From NCBI RefSeq assembly GCF_963921235.1, contig NC_086097.1:209438001-209502000 (forward strand): a stretch of DNA of 64,000 bases, read 5' to 3'. Made by a program: the position numbers and the translations under genes. The notes below the pieces were generated by a model. It saw only the letters and a list, made by a program, of their open reading frames with translations. It did no database searches and was not told the DNA's origin. The first letter of the stretch is position 1. The number at the start of each line of letters is the position of its first letter. Positions 13,090-23,149 of this stretch are shown here, in pieces. Origin of the DNA: Mobula hypostoma. Taxonomy: Eukaryota.

Positions 13090-14625
13090 CAGAATCAGAA
13101 TCAGGTTTATTGTCACTGACAGATATCACAAAATGTATTGTTTTGTAACAGCAGTACCTGCAAAACATAAACATTACTGTAAGTCACAAAATAAATAGTG
13201 CAAAAGATGATTAATAAGGAAATGTTCATAGGTTCATGGACCATTCAGAAATCTGATGGCTGTGGGGAAGAAGATGTTCCCGAACTACTGAGTGTGGCTT
13301 TTCAAGCTCCTGGACCTCCTCCCTAATGGTAGTCACAAAAAGAGGACAGTGAGACTTTTTTAATGATTGATGCTAACTTCTTGAGACACCCCCTATTGAG
13401 GATCTCCTCAATGGCAGGGATGGTTCCTGAATTTCTTGTCAGAGCATTCACAGGCAGTGAGACTGGGCCCTCACCTGTCCTCCACTACTATCCTGAACAC
13501 TGGTACACCACAAGGTTGTGTATTGAGTCCCATACCCTACTCCCTCTTCACGTACGACTGTGTACCTGCATTTGACACCAATACCATCGCCAAATTCGCA
13601 GATGACACAACAGTGATTGGGTTGATCTCCAGCAGAGACGAATCAGCGTACAGAATGGAGGTACAGAACTTAGTGAGCTGCTGCTCAGAGAACAACTTGT
13701 CTCTTAATATAGCAAAGACTAAGGAGCTAATTATCAACTTTGGAAAGTCACGAGATGACTAGTATGCTCCAGGCTACATTAATGAAGATCTAGTGGAGAG
13801 AGTGTCCAGTTTCAGGTTTCTGGGAATACACATCTCAGAAGACCTTACATGGTTCACTAACACCACAACAATAGTTAAGAAAGCATAGCAATGCTTGTTT
13901 TTCCTCAGGACGCTGAAGAAAGCTGGTCTACCTGAACAGATGCTGATGACCTTTCACCGCTGCACCATAGGGAGCATCTTGACATACTGCATCTCTGTGT
14001 GGTATCTCAGTTGTACAGCAGCTGATAGGAAAGCACTTCAGTGGGTCGTCTCTAGCGCACAAAAGATCATTGGGACACAGCTCCCAGCCCTGGAGGACAC
14101 TTACAGCTCTCGCTGCCTAAGGAAAGCTACAAGTATCTGTAAGGACAATACACATCCATGCAATCATCTGTTCGAACTTCTTCCATCTGGCAGACGTTAT
14201 AAGATTTTCTATGCCCGCACTTCCAGACTGAAAAATAGCTTTTTCCCCAGAGGTATAATTGCACTGAACCAATTGATCAGGCATCATCCATAAATTTGTT
14301 TATTGCTACCTTTAATACTGGTTTTATGGCTGTCATGCATCTGAGTTGTGCTGTACTGCTGGACATTGCTTGTATTGGCTGGTTACTTGATTTTATTTAT
14401 TGTTTATTTATTTTATTTGTTGTTTTATAGCATTGAGTACGAGAGTTGCAAACTCCTTTTCGCTGTATTGGTGCATGACAAATTGTACTATGCAATGACA
14501 ATAAAGATATTTCATTGTGGTTGCCCCCATGAAGGATCTTGATGAGTCTACAAACCTCTGCAGCTTCGTGTGATCCTGTGCATTAGAGTCTCCATACCAG
14601 CCTGTGATGCACCCAGTCATCATTT
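13090..14625. mobile_element. Rex1/Babar-like + strand copy (about 13420-14505) inserted in a - strand copy
   Basis: ORFs 13436-13762 (TGTPQGCVLSP...KFADDTTVIGLI) and 13895-14293; flanks read as a minus-strand Rex 3' end (agaatcagaatc tail; MMTGCITGWYG). Confidence 0.8.
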
Positions 14626-14629
14626 CCAA

Positions 14630-15230
14630 GTACCTTCACTCCATCTGCAACAAGTAGAATTTCCTTGTAGCCAACCATTTTAAATCCAGTCCTCATCCTC
14701 ATTCAGCTATATCAGTCTATGGCCTCCTCTACTGCCATGATGTGGCCAATCTAAGACTGGGGGAGCAACACCTCATAATCCATTTAGCTAACCTATAATC
14801 TGATGGCATGAACATCGATTTCTCTAACCTCCAGTAATTTCTACCTGATATCCCTTCTCTCTTTTTTCATTCCCCACTCTGATTCCCCTCTTACCCCTTC
14901 TCTTCTCCTCACATCTTATCACCTCCCTCTGGCACCCCTCCATTTTCCCATAGTCCACTTTTCTCTTCTATCAGATTCCTTCTTCAGCCTTTTACTTTTT
15001 CCACCTACACTTCCCAGCTTCTCACTTCATCTGTCCTCTCCTACTCACCTTCTCCTTCACCTGGCTTCCACCTATCACCTTCTGACTTCCTCTCCCCACA
15101 TCTTTTAAATTTTGGCCTCTACTCCTTCCTTTTCAAATGCTGATGAAGGGCCTTGGTCTGAAACATCGGCCCTTTATTCCTTTCCATATTTGCTGCCCAA
15201 CCTGCTGAGTTCCTCCATCATTTTATGAAC
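14630..15230 (+). mobile_element. PLE 3' fragment (end of GIY-YIG domain plus pLTR)
   Basis: cttgtagccaaccattttaa...gagcaacacctcata...gatggcatgaacatcgatttctctaac, matching the 34959-35165 copy; ends in a hammerhead-like motif at about 15136-15171. Confidence 0.8.
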
Positions 15231-16216
15231 TAAAAGATCATTGGGCTAAATTACACAATTAAATATTAAATGCAGGAAATCTCAACCCCATAATAGAGTC
15301 ATTGCTCTTCAAATAGATGCTTGAAAATCAGATTGAGACAAATGGAAATATCCAATTCTTCACCCAATTTTACTTAATTGTTATTTGATCCTCTCAATCA
15401 GCAAGTGTTTTGTTGAAATTTTAAAACTGGTCAGACCTGCATACTTGAAATGATGTGTGCATATAAAAATTTTACCTAGAGAGCCAGGTCACCCCCACTA
15501 TGAAATTATTGCAACCAAGAACTTGGGCAAGGTTCAGGCAGAACCAGTTTTTGGATGGATAAACTAACAACAATTTATTCTGTCCTGCTCAGACAAGTGC
15601 TAAATCTTGTAGGGACAGAATTCAGTGTAGGATATTTAAACATCAATTATATTCACATTGGTTTTTAGTGCTGTAAACTTTTAAGAATTTTTTTTAAGTG
15701 TGAAATGTAGGCTTTGTGTCATGTGACATTAATTCAAGCAAAAGCCGAAATACTACTTGATTACTGAATAGACTAATACTGGATTAACTACAGTTGTAAT
15801 CTATCCAGATTTGAACACTTCAATACAACTATTTTGCAAGAATCAAAAGAGAAATGCTGCTTGAATTAGACCTTTGATCTTGGCACTGAATTACATCAAT
15901 AGGATAAATGAGCTTACTTGGTCCATTAACTATTCTGCCTCAGCACCAGAAAAATGAATTCCTAGTGAAAACAGCCAAATACATCAAAATAATTAATTGT
16001 TTTTCAGTGCATTAAACGGTTACTACAAATGCTAACCATTACATTTCTTGCAGATTCCTCCATTAGGACTAGTTCTTTAACACCTTTATCTGAGCAATCT
16101 TACAAACTTGGCGCTGTTTCATTTTTAACTTTTAAGCAAGAACAATTTAGTTTGTTGATGCTTACCACTTGCTTTGTTTCACTTTGTGTGTCAAAATCAT
16201 GTATACTTTGTTATAG

Positions 16217-16303
16217 GTAACCCTTGAAGGAATTGGTGAAATCAAAAAAGTTTCCTTTGTGCTATTAAATCCGTACCTCAATAGAGGAATAAGACTATTT
16301 AAG
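16217..16303 (+). CDS. Exon 3/12, PLAT middle segment
   Basis: ttgttatag acceptor; VTLEGIGEIKKVSFVLLNPYLNRGIRLFK; donor AAG|gtaagg; phase 0 to 0. Confidence 0.85.
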
Positions 16304-16415
16304 GTAAGGCATTTGTGCATACAATTTATTGGAAACAAATAACTCCATAGAAAAATATATATAACTTTTGCTGGTTACAGATCAAAACATGTATTATAAA
16401 CTTATATAATTGCAG

Positions 16416-16548
16416 TTTCGCATGAAAAACCTCAAAACAAAACAGGAACTGGGTTTCAACACTGCACATTGTTGGTTGTTTGGAGAGCACGGATCTGAAA
16501 CCGTGACCGAACTGGCAGCTATTCAGCCAGACCGAGAGCCACTGAGAG
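16416..16548 (+). CDS. Exon 4/12, PLAT C-terminal segment; GC donor
   Basis: ttgcag acceptor; FRMKNLKTKQELGFNTAHCWLFGEHGSETVTELAAIQPDREPLR; donor GAG|gcaagt gives the phase 1 required by the next exon. Confidence 0.82.
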
Positions 16549-16653
16549 GCAAGTAAAATCAGTTTAACAATTACCTACAAGCAATCCAATCATATCATGA
16601 CAGAAAAATATGAAGTTAGATAAATCTCCAAGGCCAAGCCAGGTTTATCCAAG

Positions 16654-17015
16654 CTGTGTACATACATCTATTGATGCTTCTGGACACATCTTCAGTGATG
16701 TTCCTGGAATCATCAGGTGTTTCGGGTTTTTCAACATCAGACAACCTCCTCCAGGTGACCCAGCCAGGGCTGATCAGACCCCAGCTTGTTTCCAGGTGGC
16801 TAGCTACTTATGACTCCATGGCTCCCCTCTTTTGAGCCACAGCCATCTTGAGGCCCTCTCTGCCGCATTGGTGGTACTGTGGATGGCTCTCCTCTTCCTC
16901 TCTCCCTCGATGCCCAAAATGCTGAAGGCTCTAACTAAAGAATGGGCTACGAATCCCCTACAACCAACCTCCACTGGGAGACATCTCGCTCTCCATCCAG
17001 CCTGCTGACAGGCTG
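16654..17015 (-). mobile_element. HERO-like RLE non-LTR retrotransposon, 3' fragment (end of ORF plus 3' UTR)
   Basis: CQQAGWRARCLPVEVGCRGFVAHSL...AAERASRWLWLKRGEPW, recognised from memory as the C-terminal restriction-like endonuclease region of HERO-type elements; interrupts a CR1 with CAAG on both sides (16650-16653, 17016-17019). Confidence 0.8.
16682..16755 (-). ncRNA. Candidate permuted hammerhead-like RNA with a kink-turn motif in the HERO-like 3' UTR
   Basis: Minus strand CCUGGAG GA GGUUGU C UGAUGUU GAAAAACCC GAAACACCU GAU GA UUCCAGG AACAUCA CUGAAGA UGUGUCC; see findings. Confidence 0.5.
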
Positions 17016-18399
17016 CAAGAACATTGTTGAAGGCGAGAGAGGAAATTGGAGGAGCCCTGGCTGAAATATTCACATCATTCTTCATCAGGGGTAAGGTGCC
17101 AGTAAACTGAAGGGTACCAAATGTTCTGCCTTTATTTAAGAAAGATAGTAAAGAAAAAACCTGGGAACTATAGGCCAGTCTATGGTAGGTAAGTTGCTAG
17201 AGAGAATTCTGATGAATATGATATATGTACATTTGAAAGACAAAGGATGATTAATGGTAATCAGCATGGTTTTGACCAAGCGAAATAATGTTTTATGAAC
17301 TTGATTGAGTTTTTTTGATGAGGTGACCATAAACGTTGATAAGAATGGTTAGTATGATCTTTGATAATAGGATGCTGCCCTGGAAGCTGGCTTGATGATA
17401 GAAAAGAAAGGGTGGTGGGAGAAGATTATTTCTCAAACTGGAAGCACGTGACCAGTGGTGTGCCTCAGGAATCGGTGTTGGGCCCTTTTGTTGTTTATCA
17501 TCTGTATCAATGATTGGAATAAAAAAGGTGTGGTTCATAAGCTTACAGATGACACAAAATTGATGGCATCATGGACAATGATGAAGGTTATCAAAAATTA
17601 TAGTGGAATCTTGATCAGCTGAGTGAGTGGGCTGAGGAATAGCAAATGGACTTTTATTTGGATAAGTGCAAGGTAATGGCATGGGGTCATAAAATCAGAG
17701 AGCACTACAGCACAGAAACAGGCCTTCTGGCCCATCTAGTCCACAACAAAAACTATTATGTTCCCTCGTCCCACTGACCTGCACCCGGATCATAGTCCTC
17801 CATTCCCCTCCTATCCACGTACCTAGCCAAATTACTCTTGAATCTTGGAATCGAACCCACATCCATTACTTCTATTGGCAGTATTTTTCACACTCTCACC
17901 ATCCTCTAATTGAAGAAATTGTGATGCCCTGGGGATTTATCCACCCTAATTTACCTCAAGATAACAAGCACCTCCTCTCCAGTAATCCATATACATAGTC
18001 TATGGCCTCAATGCTGTGTTGCCTCATTTCTTTTGACTCTGTGTCCATCTCCCGAGAAAATAAAGATGCAATAAATCCATTTAAGGTCTCTCCCATCTCT
18101 TTTGGTTCCAGGCATAGATTTCCACTCTGATTTTCAAGAGGACCAATTTTGTCCTTTTCTATCCTTTTGATCTTAATATATCTGTAGAAGCCCTTGGGAT
18201 TTTCCTTTGCTTTGTCTGCTAGAGCAACTTCATGCCTTCTTTTAGCCCTCCTGATTTTCTTCTTAAGAGTTGTCTTGCATTTCTCGTACTCCTCAAGTAC
18301 CTCATTTGTTCCTTACTGCATATACCTGCTATACACCTCCTTGTTCTTCCTAATGATGGCCTCAATATCTCTCAATAACCAAGGTTCCTTAAACCCGTT

Positions 18400-18625
18400 A
18401 TTTATGTATTTACTTATTTAGGGACAGAGGATGGAACAAACCCTTCCGGCCTAGAGAGCTGCACCCTAGCAACTCATCTATTTAATCACAGGATTTTTTA
18501 CAATGGTCAATTAACCTACTAACCATTATGGGAGGAAACTGGAGCACCTGGAGGAAACCCATGTGGTCAGGGGTAGAATGTACAAACTCCTTAGGACAGC
18601 GATGGAATTGAACTCCAAACTCCAA
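18400..18625 (-). mobile_element. HE1-like V-SINE
   Basis: gggaggaaactggagcacctggaggaaacccatg...tacaaactcc, the reverse complement of the V-domain core. Confidence 0.7.
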
Positions 18626-21345
18626 TGAAGGCCTCCTACTTACCAATCACACCTTTGACCGATAACAACTTGTCCAAATCTATATTTGCTAGATTCTTTC
18701 TGATACCATCAAAGTTAGCCTTTCTCTAATTTAGAATCTCAACTTGAGGATTCTAGCTATCCTTCTCCATAATTATCTTGAAATTATTTGCATTATGATC
18801 ACAATATCCGGAGTGTTCCCCTATGCACATTTCTGTCACCTGCCCCATTTCATTCCCTCATAGGAGATCCAGTGTCACACATTCTGTTTGGGACCTCTAT
18901 ATATTGATTAAGGAAACTTTTCTGAACACATTTGACAAACTCTCTACCATCCAGCCCTTTAATAGTAAGGGAGTCCCAGTCAATATGTGCAAAGTTGAAA
19001 TCACAACCTTGCAACAGTCTGCAAACTCTCTAACTCCCACTGATGTGGTGATCTCTTTCTTATTGCTTATTTCCACCCATATAGACGAGCTGTCTAAACT
19101 GTCCTATCAGAGCACTGCCAGTTTCCCTGACTAGTAATGCCACCCCATGCCTATTAATATATCCCAGCCTATCATGTCTGAAACGACAGAACCCTGCAAA
19201 ATTGAGCTCCCAGTCATGCTTCTCTTGCAGCCAAGTCTCACTAACGGCTACAATGTCATAATTCCATGTGCTGATCCAGGCCTTAAACTCAACTATTTCC
19301 TAGCAATGAAGTAAATGCAATTCAGACCATTATTCTCAACATGCTGAACCTTTCGATTCCTGTCTTGGTATGCAGGCTTTACAACATCTTTTCCCACAAC
19401 CACTCCACTATCTGCTCTGGCGCTCTGCTTCCCACCCCCAGCAACTCTAGTTCAAACCCCCGCCCCCCCCCTCACCATGCAGCACTGGCAAACCTTCCCA
19501 TAAGAATATTATTAGTCCCAGTCCTGGTACAATCCATCCCATCTGTACAAGTTCCACCTTCCCTGGAAAGAAGTCCAATGATCCAAAAATCTGAACCCTC
19601 CCTCCTGCACCATCTGCTTAGTCACATGTTAAACTGCATTTTCTTCCTATTTCTAGCCTTACTAGCACGTGGCATGGGCAGCAACCCTGAGATCACAAGC
19701 CGGAAGGTCCTGTCCTTTAACTTAGAACCTAACTCCCAGAGCTCACTTTGCAGGACCTCATCACCCCACCTACACGTCATTGGTACCAATGTGGACCACG
19801 ACCACTGGCTGCTCACCTTCCCACTTCAGAATGCTGCAAATTCGATCCGAGATGTCCCTGATCCTGACACCCAGGAGGCAACATGCCATCTGTAAATCTC
19901 ATTCTCTTCCACAGAACTTCCTGCCCTTTCCCCTAACCATTCAATTCCCTATCACTACAATTCACCTCTTTTCCCCCTTCCCTCTAAGCCACAGAGCCGG
20001 ACTCAGTGACAGGGACCCAACTGCTGTGGCTTTCCACTGCTGGGACATCCTCTTAACAGTTTCAAAAGTGGTATACTTGTTATTGTGGTGAACAGACTCG
20101 GGGTGCCCTGCAATGGCTACCTATCTCCTTTACCTTCCTGATGGTCATTAATTACCTGTGTCCTGCATCTTCGATGTAACTACCTCCCTGTGTCGCCTGC
20201 TAATCAACCCCTCAGCCTTCTGAATTATCCTGAATTCACCCAGTTCCAATTCCAATTCTTTAACATGAGCTGTTGCATTTTGGAAGTCAAATCCAGGTTG
20301 GAAATTCACAATGATTGGCAGGGTTATTGGGAGTGTTATAGAACAAAGGAACCTGTAATATAAGTACATGGTTCCCTGAAAGTGGAGTTACAATTAGACA
20401 AGTTGGTAATGATTGTATAGGATGCTGGTGCGGCCACAGTTGGAGTATTGCTTTCAGTTTTGGTTGTCTGCTATATGAAAGATATTAAACTGAGAGGAGT
20501 GTTGAAAAGTTTTACAATGACTTTGCCGGGATTTGAGGGACAGACTTAGAGGGAGAGGTCGGACAGGCTAGGAATTTATTACTTGACACCATTAGGGACC
20601 AAGAGGTGATTTTATAAAGGTGTACAAAATCATGAGGGTCATAGATAGGGTGAATGCACTCTGTCATTTTTCCTAAATTTGGGGTATCAAGAACTAGACT
20701 GTATAGGTTTAATTTTAGAGAAACTTGAAGAGGAGAATTCTTATACAAAGGGAGGTATTTATTGAGATTAGCTGCCAGAGGAAGTGGTTGAGGCAGGTAC
20801 AATAACAATGTTTAAAAGACATTGGGACAGGTACATAGATTGAAAAGGTTTAGAAGATTATGGGCCAAACGCTGGCAAATGGGATTAGTTTGTTTGGGAA
20901 ATCCTGATCTGTATAGACCAGTTGAGCCATAGGGTTTGTTTCTGTGTCGTATGATCAAAAGACTCTACAAAACATTTATCTATATAATCATCTCACCCTA
21001 ACCATATTGCTGAGCAAGTATTATTGCTAGTTTTCTGATTGAAGATGGCATAGTATGTTCACTTAGATTTATAATGAATATCATTGTAATCCTTATCACT
21101 TCTTAATGCAGACGGCCCCTGCTTTACAGGGAGTTGCATTCCTAGAAAACAGTCCAGATCATGATTTTACATGATGCAAAGATGCAAGATATGTGCGTAC
21201 ATCAGAAGATGCAAGTGGAAAAATGTGTTATTTATTTACCTTTTTCATAGAATGTCAATATTTTGTGATATTTCCGTAGCCCTGATGTCCACAATGTAGG
21301 CATCACCAGTTTACTCAAGAAACTAATTCTTTCTGCTTCCTGCAG

Positions 21346-21494
21346 TTATCTTATATTCCATTCAAGTGTTCACAGGGAACGTGCCTGCAGCAAGCACGGA
21401 TGCAGATGTTTCCATCACCATATATGGTGAGCAAGGGGATACTTGCAAAAGGAAACTTGGGCGTTCTAGATCTGTATTGTTTAAAAGACATCAG
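21346..21494 (+). CDS. Exon 5/12, N-half of a canonical PLAT domain
   Basis: ttcctgcag acceptor; [50 protein letters not shown] (Y-x-I-x-V-x-TG...TDADV-x-I-x-IYG-x-x-GDT); donor CAG|gttggt. Confidence 0.92.
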
Positions 21495-22014
21495 GTTGGT
21501 ATTGTGTTTACAGTACTCCTACAACTAAAACATGAATTATCAAACAGTTAGTGAATTGGTTAATAGTTTTTCTGTGAAAAATGCTCTTGCTTCTCTTACT
21601 AACCTTCCCTGTCACATGTTATTTTACTGCAGAGATTCATGGTAAACTCTTCTTTTTTTTGATTAGTCACATTCCTCACCAATCAGGTGTGAATAAATAT
21701 ATGCTGGTCTTGAAATTACTTCTCATAACATTAAAATAGTGCAGTGCAATTGAAATTAGGCAATCCAAGAGTCAAGTAAAGTAGGAACTATTTTTGGGTC
21801 TCTTAGTGACTGAATGGAAGTTCAATCCCTGACTTTCTAATTAAAAATTTCTAATTTTTGTTCGCACCTGAAGCATTGTTTTTCTGGTATAAAACAACCC
21901 TGAATGACATCAGCAATAATGCAAAGTCCAATACTCATCCATTGTGATTTATGACCTCACTATAGTTCTTGTTCACTCATAACACAACCAGCTTTTGCTA
22001 ATCCAATTTTCTCT

Positions 22015-22285
22015 GAGACAGCTCTACGGAAACTTAGACTGCATAGGATCCGGGGAGAGCCAGATAATTGGGTATGCATTTGTCTTGATGGTAGGAAGCA
22101 GAGGGTTGTGTGGAAGGTTTTTTTTTGACTGGAAGCCTATGACTAGAGGTGTTCCCTATGAGTGGGCGCTAGGCCCTTTGGTATTTTTCATCTATATCAA
22201 CAATTTGGCTGAGAATGTACAAATCTTGGTTGGTAAGTGTGCTGATGGTGCTAAAGTATGTGGTGTTGTAAGCAGTGAAAATGAG
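22015..22285 (+). mobile_element. CR1 RT fragment
   Basis: DWKPMTRGVP...LGPLVFFIYINNL...KCADGAKVCGVV. Confidence 0.75.
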
Positions 22286-23149
22286 GTATTTTGCTAAAGG
22301 CACAATGAACATATTATGTCAAGGTGATCATTGCTCAAAACCTTTGTGACATGCAAGTCAAGTAACCATTCCAAGTTTAAAAAGTTTTGAATAATATGTT
22401 TCACAGTTCATTCTGATTCAGAAACTCTTCTCCAAATTTTCAGTACTTTTCAAATATGCTATTAAATCTGCTATGATGTGGTTCATGTATCATCTGTCAT
22501 GCAGACTAGGGCACAAAGCAGTGAGATATATATTGTGCTGTTCATGTGATTTGCATTACTTATCATCATATCCATTTATTTTGTATCTTTATTACATAGC
22601 TCAAAAACATTAGGAATATTAGAAATTATTTCATATTTATTCATTCCAGCATTACTTCCTCAATTTCTCAAACACTTTAATTTAGCAAATGTTAGATTAT
22701 TTTTTCTCACATCATCTATTTTTTTATATAATTGCCCAAAATTCCCTCTTTAGTATTCTGATCACACAGAGATTCATTAATAGCTTAACTTCAGGAAAAG
22801 GTGCAATTGTAAAGTTTCTCCATTTTAGTCATGTTGTGAATAAGATAATGAGTTATTATGTTAATTATGTCTTTAGAAAGTGAGGAACTAATTCTAGAAT
22901 AAATAGGTATGGAACAATTTCTAATTTATTTTGATGATGGTAATAAAATATGAAAACATTGTTAGTTGCAAAAATCAAGCGCCTAAAGGTCAGTTATGGC
23001 TAAACATGATAAGATAATCGGTAACTGCATGTGCACTGAAAGATTACTAAAGCAGGACTGAATGCCCCTGAGATTCAAATTGCAAAAGAAATTAAAAGCT
23101 CAGGTGAGTGTGCTTTAAAAAGGAGTGTAGAGGGCAACTGAAGGGCTAA

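Larger units (their letters stand above)
16600..20960. mobile_element. + strand CR1 (about 16600-17680 and 20270-20960) split by a - strand CR1 (about 17690-20270) that includes ORF1 remnants
   Basis: + strand: gataaatctcca, accagtggtgtgcctcagg, gataagtgcaaggt...tgcattttgg; - strand: tail at about 17700, ORF1 ELGSKLKDRTFRLVISGLLP. Confidence 0.8.

Noticed and set aside
16553..16554. GT donor for exon 4
   Set aside because: It gives phase 2, incompatible with the phase-1 acceptor at 21346, and is a weaker consensus match than GAG|gcaagt.
21110..21310. Tigger-like MITE
   Set aside because: The left end looks TIR-like, but I could not find a convincing matching right TIR or TA duplication.
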